A stretch of DNA of 54,110 nt from an uncultured Bacilli bacterium (GTDB lineage Bacteria > Bacillota_I > Bacilli_A > RF39 > UBA660): NCBI GenBank assembly GCA_947626855.1, contig CANQTT010000003.1:1-54110 (forward strand). Reading direction: 5' to 3'. The position numbers and the translations under genes were made by a program. The first letter of the stretch is position 1. The number at the start of each line of letters is the position of its first letter. Shown here one piece after another: positions 16,658-26,462 of this stretch. The notes under the pieces are model-generated. The model worked only from the letters and a program-made list of their open reading frames with translations. It did no database searches and had not been told where the DNA came from.

Positions 16658-17869
16658 TTACTGATAATATTTTATTTCAAACATCGTACCCTCTTTACTA
16701 GAAGTTACATCTATTTTGCCATTGTCTTTTTCAATAATACTCTTAGAAAGGGCAAGTCCAATACCTACACTATCGGGATTAGCATTTTCTCCCTTATAAA
16801 ATCGTTCAAAGATATGTGGCAGATCTTTCTTAGAGATTCCTTTACCATAGTCTTTTATCGTAAGAAGTGTATAGACTCTATTTTGAGAATAAGAAATCTC
16901 TATTTTACTATTCTCTTTGGAATGATCAATGGCATTCTTTAAAATATTTGTTAAGGCTTCTACCTGCCAATGACTATCACAGAATAAGAAGATATCTTCT
17001 GATCCGATGATCTCTACTTTCATATTTTTCAAATCACAAAGTGTAGAAACATTTTTTAAAGCTCTTTGTAACAAATTAGAAAGAGAAATCTTCTCTTTGA
17101 CAAAATCAATCGTATTGGCATCAAATTTTGATAATTTTAAAATAGCTTGTATGAAAAAGTTTACATTCGCTACTTCCCTTTTAATATCCCTAATAAACTC
17201 TTCCTGTATGGTTCTATCCATCGTTGGATCGTCCATAAGAGTATCTAACATAATTAAAATAGAAGTAAGGGGTGTTTTTAATTGATGCGAAATATCCTCT
17301 AGAGATTCCTTTAATTCTTTCTTATCTTTTAAAGAATTTTCAGCACTCTCCCGCAACATTACCGTAATTTTATAAATTTCATTTTTTAAAATCGAAAGTT
17401 CATCTTCGGAAATACTTTCTAGAGAAAGAGAATAATTTTTTTTATTCAGTTCTTCAATATAATAAGTAATTTCTTGAATTTCTTTTTCTTTGCCAGAATT
17501 ATATTTCAAAAATAGAAAAAGGAAAACAAAGACAAGACTCAAAAGAAGAAAACTATCTAGAAAAAGAAATCTTTGATACGTGTTATCATTCTGTAGAAGA
17601 ATAGATTCTTTTTCTAAATCAATTCCATACTTTTGAAAAAAAGAGACTTCTTTTCCCTCGCCATTTAAAATAGAAATCAATTCTTGATCAGAAATCATAG
17701 GATATTTCTCTTTTACGGTAGCAAAGATTTGTTCGATCTTTTCATTATAATTTTTCGTATAGGCTTGATATTCATAGATATGAAGTCCTAAAAGAAGAAG
17801 GAAAAAAGTGAGAGATAAGAGCAAGAGCACTAGTAAATAACGCTTTAACTTTATTTTATTCTTCATCAA
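16658..17869 (-). CDS. Sensor histidine kinase
   Basis: Two TMs, ISHQLKTPLT, NILKNA, DYGKGI, FERFY, GIGL. Confidence 0.93.
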   Translation of the reverse strand: MMKNKIKLKRYLLVLLLLSLTFFLLLLGLHIYEYQAYTKNYNEKIEQIFATVKEKYPMISDQELISILNGEGKEVSFFQKYGIDLEKESILLQNDNTYQRFLFLDSFLLLSLVFVFLFLFLKYNSGKEKEIQEITYYIEELNKKNYSLSLESISEDELSILKNEIYKITVMLRESAENSLKDKKELKESLEDISHQLKTPLTSILIMLDTLMDDPTMDRTIQEEFIRDIKREVANVNFFIQAILKLSKFDANTIDFVKEKISLSNLLQRALKNVSTLCDLKNMKVEIIGSEDIFLFCDSHWQVEALTNILKNAIDHSKENSKIEISYSQNRVYTLLTIKDYGKGISKKDLPHIFERFYKGENANPDSVGIGLALSKSIIEKDNGKIDVTSSKEGTMFEIKYYQ

Positions 17870-18509
17870 TGCGATACCCTATCCCTTTCATGGTAATGAT
17901 AATATCACTTCCTAATTTTTCACGAATTCGTTTAAAGTAAACAGTAATAGTATGATCATCGACATCGTTGCCAGTCCACTCCCATATCTTATCTAAAATC
18001 GTTGATCTTCGAACTACTCTATTACAATTTAAAAATAAAAGATGTAATAGCTTTAGTTCTAAAGAAGTAAGTTCTACCTTCGTATCTCCTTTTAAAACTT
18101 CCATTTTATCCATATCAAACGAAATATCTTTCACTCTCACTCTACTCTTTTTTTCATTTCGAAGAAAAATTTTTTGAACGCGTGCTAATAACTCTTTACT
18201 ACTAAATGGTTTGGTAAGATAATCTTCTCCTAAACGGAGACCTTTTACGATATCATCTTCTTCATCTTTTGCTGTTAAAAAGATAGTCGGTATTTTCTTT
18301 GGCAAAATCACTTTCTGAAAGAGATCAAAGCCATCTCCATCAGGAAGTCCAATATCCAAAATAATAACATCGATAACAGGATTTTTTAAAAGAAAATCTT
18401 TAGCACTTTGAAACGTCATCTTAGAGGAGAACTGAATTCCTTCTTTTTCAAATATATATTTTAATCCTTTTACAATGGTTACATTGTCTTCTACTAATAA
18501 AACATGCAT
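17856..18509 (-). CDS. OmpR-family response regulator
   Basis: LLVED, LDIGLPDGDG, KPF, C-terminal wHTH with GIGY. Confidence 0.93.
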   Translation of the reverse strand: MHVLLVEDNVTIVKGLKYIFEKEGIQFSSKMTFQSAKDFLLKNPVIDVIILDIGLPDGDGFDLFQKVILPKKIPTIFLTAKDEEDDIVKGLRLGEDYLTKPFSSKELLARVQKIFLRNEKKSRVRVKDISFDMDKMEVLKGDTKVELTSLELKLLHLLFLNCNRVVRRSTILDKIWEWTGNDVDDHTITVYFKRIREKLGSDIIITMKGIGYRIDEE

Positions 18510-18554
18510 ATTTTTTCCCTCGTCTTTATTATAACATAAAAGGGCTATCAGCCC

Positions 18555-21209
18555 TTAAATGTTTTCGTTTCGAATAGTTTCTATCGTATTTTGCTTTTGA
18601 ATCTTCTTCATAGAATATCTCATTAAAACAATAATGAGTAAGAAAACAGCAATCATAGAAATAAAAATAGCAAGAATTGGTAGTTCATAAGGATACGTTT
18701 GATCTCCTATTGATTTATAGATTAAGTAAGAAAGTCCAAGTCCAAAGATTGTTCCAAAAAACAAAGCCTTTGTTCCAATGAAAATACTCTCTAAATAAAT
18801 CATTTTTTTAAACTCAAAGTTCGTCATTCCAATCGATTTTAGCATAGCAAATTCTTGTTTTCGAAGCTCCATATTGGTTGTAATCGTATTAAAAATATTA
18901 GTAATTCCGATTAAAGAAATGACAATGATGAATCCATATAAGAAAATTCCTATCAAAGTATATAAATTTCTCATAATACGAACATTTTCTGATTGATTAT
19001 TAATTCTTAAGCCTGAAACATCATAGAAATATTCTTCCAAGTCATCTTGTAATTGATTGGCATTATTAGAATCAATATAAAGGATTACATGGGATAGAAT
19101 TCCTTTCTCTTTAAAATATTCATCACTTACTAATAGATAACCACTCATCCTATTTCTGAATAATTCTTTCATAGCAAAAGGAGCAACATCACTCACATAA
19201 CCAATTTCAAGTTCTTCTTCTTGACCACGGAGACTAAATTTGATTTTATCCCCTTTTTGATAATCGAAAATACGCATTCGATAATCGACACTCTTTTCTT
19301 TATGACTATCATAGAGTTCAAATTCTGAAGTATCCAAAAGAATCGCTTTTCCTTTCATCTCTTCTGGATTTAAAGAAAGACTTCGCAAATATTTTTCATA
19401 TTGATGTTTTCCTACTACAGCAATCCAAGTATCATAATAACTAGAGTCTACTGGTTCCCCCATTGCCTGAACATAGTCAGGGTTTATTTTTGCATCTAGG
19501 AATTCAACAAAATAACTACTATAGATTGTATAATCTTTAATATTGTCTAGATTCATAGCTCCTTCGATTCTCTTATAAAAGTCATCGTCGTCTTTTTCTA
19601 ATGAAAAAGCAGCAGATAGATTATAATCCGATAGCCATATCTCATGCTCAATTTCTGAGAAAGCAAGCGACATAAAAGAAGATAACGCAAGGAAAGTCGT
19701 TACAGATAATATGATAGAAATAATGGTTGTGCGATACTTTCTCTTATTTCGTTTTTGGTTTTTATAAGAAATGACTCCCCCAATGCCAAAAACTTTTTGA
19801 ATCCACTTAGGACAAGAAATCTTTTTAGCTTTAATCTTGATATTCGCACTATTGCGAATAGAATCAATAGGAGATACTTTAGAGGCTCTTCTAGCACTTC
19901 GAAAAGCAGAAAAATAAATGGTAACAATCCCAAGAAGAACCGCAATAAAAAGAGCTACCCATGAAAATTCAAAGTGTAATAAAACACCAGAAGTAATCAT
20001 ATCCTCAAGGAAATAATTACTAACAATTACTAAAATATAAGAAGCGATAAGGCCACAGAAAAGTCCAAGAGGAATTCCGATAAGTCCTAAAAGAGATGCT
20101 TCATAAAAAACATTTTTCTTAATTTGTTTTTTAGTCGCCCCTATACTTCTTAACATACCGTATTGTTTTGTCTTTTCCACAATAGAGATATCAAAGCTAT
20201 TTTTAATACAAAAGATAGAAGTAAAAACAATAATTAGGATAACGATAACAACAGCAACTCCTAATCCTCCAACCGCTTCATTCTGAAAAGGATTAGATTG
20301 AAGAAGAACAAGATAAAGATTATCCATGAAAGAATATTTCGCTTTCTCGATTTCCTCATAAACTTCCGTTGCTTCTTCTTGACTGGTAAACCCAGATCCA
20401 TTAAGATATGCTTTTAATTTTTTGGCATCAATCCCTAAAATTCCGGCTGTTACTTCATAATAATCTTGAATTCCCTTTTTGTTATATTTGGCATAGACAT
20501 CTATTTTGCCTTCTAACTTTGTATCATCTAATAACGTAACAACGGTATATCCAGGAGCAGAATAGTTCTCCACATTACTAGCAGGTCTTTCGATAATTCC
20601 TACAATCTTATAGGTTTTCAACTGAGAATCTATAATTTCTTCTCTTTGGATTTTCCCTTCTTCATCCTCATCATCGCTAGGAAGAAGATAGAAATCATCC
20701 TGAGTAAGAATATTGCCCTCTTGATCTACCCTAGTTCCTACTTCTAATGTCAAAGTATCTCCTACTTTATAAGCTACTCTTCCATCTGTCTTAATATGGC
20801 TAGAAATAACAATTTCATCTTCTGTTTCAGGAAATCTTCCATCCGTTAATTTTAAGGAGAGATTTTCCATAGCTTCCTTCGTAAATGCTTTCACATAAAG
20901 ATAGGGTTTATATTCATTTTTACCATTTTCTAAAACGGCATAGCCAATTCCCTGTGTAAGATAGACATCCTCAATCTTTCGATTCTCTTTTAAATCTTCT
21001 ATCTTGTCTACAGGGACATCATAAAAAGCCGTATGAAAATTCCCTTTTTGGGTAGTTTCAAAATGGATTAAAGAAGCAATGGTACTCGCATAAATGGTGG
21101 ATACAGCAGTCATTAAAGCAACTGATAAAAGAATTCCAACAATGGTTACAATCGTTCTTTTTTTATTGAGTTTTAGATTCTTTATCGTTAATTTATTCAG
21201 TAAATTCAT
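18555..21209 (-). CDS. ABC transporter permease (two FtsX/MacB domains)
   Basis: KQYGMLRSIGAT and RKQEFAMLKSIGM motifs. Start placed at MNLLNKL, directly after the ATPase stop. Confidence 0.9.
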   Translation of the reverse strand: MNLLNKLTIKNLKLNKKRTIVTIVGILLSVALMTAVSTIYASTIASLIHFETTQKGNFHTAFYDVPVDKIEDLKENRKIEDVYLTQGIGYAVLENGKNEYKPYLYVKAFTKEAMENLSLKLTDGRFPETEDEIVISSHIKTDGRVAYKVGDTLTLEVGTRVDQEGNILTQDDFYLLPSDDEDEEGKIQREEIIDSQLKTYKIVGIIERPASNVENYSAPGYTVVTLLDDTKLEGKIDVYAKYNKKGIQDYYEVTAGILGIDAKKLKAYLNGSGFTSQEEATEVYEEIEKAKYSFMDNLYLVLLQSNPFQNEAVGGLGVAVVIVILIIVFTSIFCIKNSFDISIVEKTKQYGMLRSIGATKKQIKKNVFYEASLLGLIGIPLGLFCGLIASYILVIVSNYFLEDMITSGVLLHFEFSWVALFIAVLLGIVTIYFSAFRSARRASKVSPIDSIRNSANIKIKAKKISCPKWIQKVFGIGGVISYKNQKRNKRKYRTTIISIILSVTTFLALSSFMSLAFSEIEHEIWLSDYNLSAAFSLEKDDDDFYKRIEGAMNLDNIKDYTIYSSYFVEFLDAKINPDYVQAMGEPVDSSYYDTWIAVVGKHQYEKYLRSLSLNPEEMKGKAILLDTSEFELYDSHKEKSVDYRMRIFDYQKGDKIKFSLRGQEEELEIGYVSDVAPFAMKELFRNRMSGYLLVSDEYFKEKGILSHVILYIDSNNANQLQDDLEEYFYDVSGLRINNQSENVRIMRNLYTLIGIFLYGFIIVISLIGITNIFNTITTNMELRKQEFAMLKSIGMTNFEFKKMIYLESIFIGTKALFFGTIFGLGLSYLIYKSIGDQTYPYELPILAIFISMIAVFLLIIVLMRYSMKKIQKQNTIETIRNENI

Positions 21210-21210
21210 C

Positions 21211-21882
21211 TTATGCCTCCTTAACGATTCTTCCATCCTCAAGTTTAATAATCCGATCCGCACATTTAGCAATTTCCATATTATGAGTAATCATAATAAT
21301 GGTTTGATTTAATTCTTTATTAGACTTTTTTAAAAGGGCTACAATTTCATCACTTGCTTTGGAATCCAAATTACCCGTTGGTTCATCCGCTAAAATGATA
21401 GTAGGATTGGTAATTAAAGCCCTACCAATACTGGTTCGCTGTTGTTGTCCTCCTGATAATTCATTCGGTAAATGATTTTTCCTCTCTTCAAGACCTAACA
21501 ATTTTAACATCTCTTCTAATCTCTCTTTATCAATTTCACGATTATCTAAAGAAAGAGGTAACGTAATATTCTCTTCCACGTTTAAAATAGGAATTAAATT
21601 ATAAAACTGATAGATGAGTCCGACCTGTCTTCTTCTAAAAATCGCTAATTTATCATCATCAAAATCAAAAATATCTTGACCATCAATGAATACTTTCCCT
21701 CTTGTTGGTCTATCAACTCCCCCAATTAAATGAAGAAGAGTACTTTTTCCAGAACCCGAAGCTCCTACAATAGCAACAAATTCTCCTTTTTCAACAGAAA
21801 AAGAAACATTATCTAAAGCTATTACTGTCGTTGATCCTTTTCCATAAATTTTTGTTAAATTTTCTACTTTTAAAATTTCCAT
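21211..21882 (-). CDS. ABC transporter ATP-binding protein (LolD/MacB-like)
   Basis: GASGSGKST, LSGGQQQR, ILADEPTGNLD. Confidence 0.95.
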   Translation of the reverse strand: MEILKVENLTKIYGKGSTTVIALDNVSFSVEKGEFVAIVGASGSGKSTLLHLIGGVDRPTRGKVFIDGQDIFDFDDDKLAIFRRRQVGLIYQFYNLIPILNVEENITLPLSLDNREIDKERLEEMLKLLGLEERKNHLPNELSGGQQQRTSIGRALITNPTIILADEPTGNLDSKASDEIVALLKKSNKELNQTIIMITHNMEIAKCADRIIKLEDGRIVKEA

Positions 21883-21903
21883 CTCATTTCTCCTCTCTAT
21901 TTC

Positions 21904-21937
21904 ATTATAGTAAAAAAAAGTTACAACTAGGTTACAA
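21904..21937 (-). promoter_or_regulatory. OmpR-type direct-repeat operator plus -10 box of the ABC operon
   Basis: TTGTAAC-N4-TTGTAAC (21920-21937) at the -35 position, TATAAT at 21904-21909. The cognate two-component system lies just downstream. Confidence 0.6.
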
Positions 21938-21953
21938 AAGAAAAATTCTTCCC

Positions 21954-23276
21954 CTATCCTTTAGAAGAAGAATTTTTCTTAATAGCTTGAATATTTTTTA
22001 AAACTTCCTTAACATTTTTCTCATTTCCACTATTCGTTGGAAAATAATAACGATGATCTTTAATAGACTCTGGTAAACAAGTCATATTGGTTACTTTTGC
22101 TTCAAAATCATGAGCATATTGATATCCTTCTCCATATCCTAACTCACTATCTAACTTCGTTACTGCATTTCGTAAATGCATAGGAACCTTTTCTTGAGCG
22201 GTTTTAAGAGCATCCGAAGAAGCTTTTCCGTATGCAAGATATAAAGCATTAGATTTGGGGGAAATACTCAAATATACTACAGCTTGAGCAAGATTGACAT
22301 TACACTCTGGCATCCCATTAAAATGAACAGCTTGGTAAGCACTGACTGCCTGAGTTAAGGCATTCACATTAGCAAGGCCTATATCTTCTGAGGCAAAACG
22401 AACTAATCGTCTAGCCACATACAGAGGATCTTCTCCTGCTTCTAACATACGTGCTAAATAATAAAGAGCAGCATCCGGATCACTATTTCGCATAGATTTA
22501 TGTAATGCCGATATTAAATTGTAATGTTCTTCTCCCTTTTTATCATATAAAAAGGTTTTACTCTGTAAAGACTTCTCTAAAGTTGTCTTCGTAATCTTTC
22601 GAACGCCAGAACGAAGAGGTGTTAAATTAATAACATTCTCTAAGGTATTTAAAGACGTTCTAGCATCCCCATTACTCATTTTGGCAATAATAGAAAAACA
22701 TTCTTCTTCTATTTTTACTGTTTGATATTCAGGATTTTTATTCAATGCTCGTTTTAAAATACCAATAATTTCTTCTTCTGTTAAACTCTTTAAAACATAT
22801 ACTTTTGTCCTAGAAAGTAAAGCGGAATTCACCTCAAAAGAAGGATTTTCTGTTGTTGCTCCAATTAAAATAATATTCCCATTTTCTACAAAAGGAAGAA
22901 AAGCATCTTGTTGAGCTTTATTAAATCTATGAATTTCATCTACAAAAACAATTGTTTTTTTGCCATTACTTTTATTAAATTTAGCAATATCCATCAATTC
23001 TTTGATATCTTTGACACCAGATGTAACCGCACTTAATTCATGAAAACTAGAATTGGTTTGATGAGCAATAATTTTCGCTAAAGTAGTTTTTCCTACTCCA
23101 GGAGGTCCCCAAAATATCATAGAAGAAATAGTATCTGTTTCAATCATATTACGAATGGGAGAATTCTTACCAACGATTTCTTCCTGTCCAAAAAATTCAT
23201 CCAAATTGGTTGGTCTCATCTTTTCTGCTAATGGTTTAAAATCTACTGTTTCTTCTTCCTCAAATAAATTGAACAT
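21954..23276 (-). CDS. rarA: Replication-associated recombination protein A
   Basis: PLAEKMRP, GPPGVGKTT, DEIHRFNKAQQD, GATTENP, ISALHKS, ASEDIG. Confidence 0.95.
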   Translation of the reverse strand: MFNLFEEEETVDFKPLAEKMRPTNLDEFFGQEEIVGKNSPIRNMIETDTISSMIFWGPPGVGKTTLAKIIAHQTNSSFHELSAVTSGVKDIKELMDIAKFNKSNGKKTIVFVDEIHRFNKAQQDAFLPFVENGNIILIGATTENPSFEVNSALLSRTKVYVLKSLTEEEIIGILKRALNKNPEYQTVKIEEECFSIIAKMSNGDARTSLNTLENVINLTPLRSGVRKITKTTLEKSLQSKTFLYDKKGEEHYNLISALHKSMRNSDPDAALYYLARMLEAGEDPLYVARRLVRFASEDIGLANVNALTQAVSAYQAVHFNGMPECNVNLAQAVVYLSISPKSNALYLAYGKASSDALKTAQEKVPMHLRNAVTKLDSELGYGEGYQYAHDFEAKVTNMTCLPESIKDHRYYFPTNSGNEKNVKEVLKNIQAIKKNSSSKG

Positions 23277-23334
23277 AGAATCAACTCCTACTCCCTCTAT
23301 TATACTAAAAATAAGTAAATAGGGAAATATTTAC

Positions 23335-24081
23335 TTATTTTTGCTTCTTACTTTCTCCTGTTTGATAATCAATCTCTATTCCATCCTCTACATTATAGAC
23401 AAAGACATGAAATTTGATTCCCTCGCCATGGTCTTCTACGGAAAGAGCTTCCATAACTACCCCTTTAGCGAGAAGATTATTGCCCTCATAAACAGGAGTA
23501 ACACGATATAAAACATGATTCTCTGTTTTTTTCACATACTTAGCTACTTCGGATTCAAAATCAGTCATTACCTTCTGATTCATAGAATGCGTACAAGTCA
23601 TTAAATTTTCTTTATTCGCACTTTCCCCAGTCAATTGAAAAGCAATTAAATGGCAACGATTATATAAAGAAACACCATCATACTGAACAGAGTGCCAACC
23701 AGTTGGATGAATAGAACTAATACTTTCTCTTTCTCCCGTAGGCATAATATCTATTCCGATATTTGCAAACGCTACCCCTACTCTTCCTAAAGAATCTAGA
23801 CCACTATAGATTTCAAAAGAATTAGGTATAAGATACTCTTCTTCAAAATGAGGCTCATTATTATCTAAAACAACATATGGTTCGCCCTGATAATCCGGTA
23901 TCTTCGTAGAATCATAAGTAACTTCTGGTTGCTCTAAAGCACCATTTACTTGTGTCCTCATATCCTCATTAAAATAATAATATAAATAAACTCCTAAAAT
24001 AACAAAAAATAATACCATACCAAGATTGATATTAGAAGCTTGTTTTCTTTTATTCCTTCTTCTTCTCTTTGCCATATCCAC
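23335..24081 (-). CDS. Membrane-anchored DNA/RNA non-specific endonuclease (EndA-like)
   Basis: TM anchor, LDSLGR, PTGW, NRCHLIA, YRVTP. Confidence 0.88.
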   Translation of the reverse strand: MDMAKRRRRNKRKQASNINLGMVLFFVILGVYLYYYFNEDMRTQVNGALEQPEVTYDSTKIPDYQGEPYVVLDNNEPHFEEEYLIPNSFEIYSGLDSLGRVGVAFANIGIDIMPTGERESISSIHPTGWHSVQYDGVSLYNRCHLIAFQLTGESANKENLMTCTHSMNQKVMTDFESEVAKYVKKTENHVLYRVTPVYEGNNLLAKGVVMEALSVEDHGEGIKFHVFVYNVEDGIEIDYQTGESKKQK

Positions 24082-24110
24082 CTACTCTATTCTATGTCCA
24101 TTATAACACA

Positions 24111-24150
24111 AAAAAACTAAGATAACATAAACTTATTATCTTAGCTTTTT
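24111..24150 (-). terminator. Terminator of surface-protein gene 1
   Basis: CTAAGATAA stem with flanking A/T tracts. A near-identical copy lies at 26416-26455. Confidence 0.75.
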
Positions 24151-24157
24151 AAAACTC

Positions 24158-26287
24158 TTAAGCTTTACGACTCTTGATAGCAAGAACTCCTGCTACTAAC
24201 ATTGTAACAAATCCTACCATTGTCATCATAGCTGTTGAAGTTACATTATCTAATGTATTTGGTACTTCTGTTTCATCAACATATACTGGTCTTAACGTAA
24301 CATCTTCTGTTATCATTGTTTCTCCTGTATATTTATTTCCTTTTTCATCTACAAAGTGTGATAAAACTTTTCCTTCTACATTATCAAATTGACTCCAAAC
24401 GATTTCTCCTAGAGTTAATTCTTCTTCTTGAGTGAATATTTCCTCTCCAATAGTAATCTCTACTACATAATATGGAACTAATTCAATGTCTTCTGTAAGG
24501 ATTGTTTCATCCTCTACATAAACTGGATTACCTTCTTCATCTTCATAGTAGAAACCACCAAAATGTTTATTAGCTTCTTCTGCTTCTGTTTCTAATTTCT
24601 CAATAATGTCAGCTAATTGTTCCTTAAGATCTGCATAAGTTTCTCCCTCTAGAGAATCAAATGTTCCTTCTTCACCCTTTACTGTAATACCTAATTCTTT
24701 AGCGAATTTAGCATAAAGAATTGTATTTTCATTAATCTCAGAATCAAAGTCGAATTCTTTCTCATAATCAGAACTTGTATACCATCCCTGGAATACATAT
24801 CCCTCTTTGGTTGGGTCTGTTGGTTTGGTAAATTTAGTTCCTTTTGTTATTGTTGTTGGTTCTTCTACACCATCTAACGTAACAGTAACAACATATCTTG
24901 CATATAAATCAATACTTTCTTCAGAAATTACAGTATCACTTGTAAGTTTTTCTTCGAAATTCTCATCAAGATACCAACCATCAAATTGGTAATTTTTTTC
25001 TGAATCAACTTCTTCTGATTCCAATTGACTTGGAATATCTGAATTATTAACTTCTTTTGAATCTGTATTATTTTCTCCATTATGAAAATTTACAGTAACT
25101 TTAGCAGGTACAACATTTCCTTCATCATCTTCTTTACGACTTTCATCTAAGAAAGTTGCAGTTACAGAATCTTTTTCGCCACCTTTGGTAAAAGTTCCAC
25201 CTGAAATAAAATGTTCCGTTACTTCTCCAAAAGAATCGTTGTCTTCAACAGAGATAGATCCTTTTGCACCTTCATAGTTTCCAGCTTCAATTTCAATAGA
25301 TGACAACACCTTACTTTCTGAATCCTCAGAAGTTTTTCCTTCACCTAAACCAAATTCATGAATAGCATATCCATTTTCACTTGAAACAGTTGTCTCCCCT
25401 GAAATATGAATCTTAATTTGACCTGAATAAGAAGCAGAGTCACTAGCAACAATATCGATAGCACTTCCCGTAGGTTGTGTTCCTCCTGATGGTATAGTAG
25501 AATCATCATAAGTACCAGTTGCTTCTATAGTGGCATCTTTAATTTCAAATTCACCACTTCTAATAGAAATAGCACTTCCACCTCTAATAGTGGCACCATT
25601 AATATTCCAAATACCATATCCAGCTGCATAAATTCCAATGCTAACGTCACTTCCTGTAATTTTAGCTGTACTTTCAATATTAACAACTGGTGCATTTTCA
25701 ACAACCGTGTTTCCACCATGAACAGTCATTCCCATAGTTGCGTTAATAGTTCCTCGAATTGTTGCTTCAGAGCCAGTAGATCCTTGAACGATAGTAACAC
25801 CATATAGACCATTAACTGTTGCATTTTCTCCTAAAGTGAAGTTATTACTAGCATTAATTAAATTGACAGCTGTTCCTTCTCCACCATCAACGGTTACATT
25901 GTCTATAAGAACTTCTGCATTTCCATACAAGTCTACTGCAATTCCTGTATCAGCTTTACTAGGTCCAACAATTTTTCCAGCACTTGTTCCTGTTATAGTA
26001 AGTTTTGCATTTTGAATGAATAAGATATGAGAGGCATTCAATGTAAATCCTTGAAGGTCTAATGTCTTCTCTTCCTCTATATCATGCATGTAAATATTCT
26101 TACCATCTGGGTCAACTTCTATATCTGAAGATAATTGACAAACAGTATAAGTTGAACCTGTTAGACAAGCACTTAAATCATTCCAAGTACTTACTTGTTG
26201 AGTTCCTTCAGCAGCATATACATTCGGAATAAAGCATAATGCACAGACTAATACAAAAAGTCCAAACATATTTCTTAATTTTGTCAT
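24158..26287 (-). CDS. Cell-surface protein with beta-helix-like N-domain, InlB B-repeats and VPNT sorting signal
   Basis: Signal peptide, P..PTKEGYVFQGWY repeats, VPNTLD + TM + KSRK tail. Start at MTKLRN behind AAGGAGG. Confidence 0.85.
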   Translation of the reverse strand: MTKLRNMFGLFVLVCALCFIPNVYAAEGTQQVSTWNDLSACLTGSTYTVCQLSSDIEVDPDGKNIYMHDIEEEKTLDLQGFTLNASHILFIQNAKLTITGTSAGKIVGPSKADTGIAVDLYGNAEVLIDNVTVDGGEGTAVNLINASNNFTLGENATVNGLYGVTIVQGSTGSEATIRGTINATMGMTVHGGNTVVENAPVVNIESTAKITGSDVSIGIYAAGYGIWNINGATIRGGSAISIRSGEFEIKDATIEATGTYDDSTIPSGGTQPTGSAIDIVASDSASYSGQIKIHISGETTVSSENGYAIHEFGLGEGKTSEDSESKVLSSIEIEAGNYEGAKGSISVEDNDSFGEVTEHFISGGTFTKGGEKDSVTATFLDESRKEDDEGNVVPAKVTVNFHNGENNTDSKEVNNSDIPSQLESEEVDSEKNYQFDGWYLDENFEEKLTSDTVISEESIDLYARYVVTVTLDGVEEPTTITKGTKFTKPTDPTKEGYVFQGWYTSSDYEKEFDFDSEINENTILYAKFAKELGITVKGEEGTFDSLEGETYADLKEQLADIIEKLETEAEEANKHFGGFYYEDEEGNPVYVEDETILTEDIELVPYYVVEITIGEEIFTQEEELTLGEIVWSQFDNVEGKVLSHFVDEKGNKYTGETMITEDVTLRPVYVDETEVPNTLDNVTSTAMMTMVGFVTMLVAGVLAIKSRKA

Positions 26288-26462
26288 AATTTCCTCCTTT
26301 CCCCCTGACAAACATTCGATAAGTCCCCACTTATCTAGCAATTATTGTAAAGAAACCCAAAATGAAAGTCAAGTTTTTTTTGAAGATTTAAGAAATTTTA
26401 CTTAAAAGTTTACAAAAAAAACTAAGATAACATCATCTTATTATCTTAGTCTTTTAAAATTC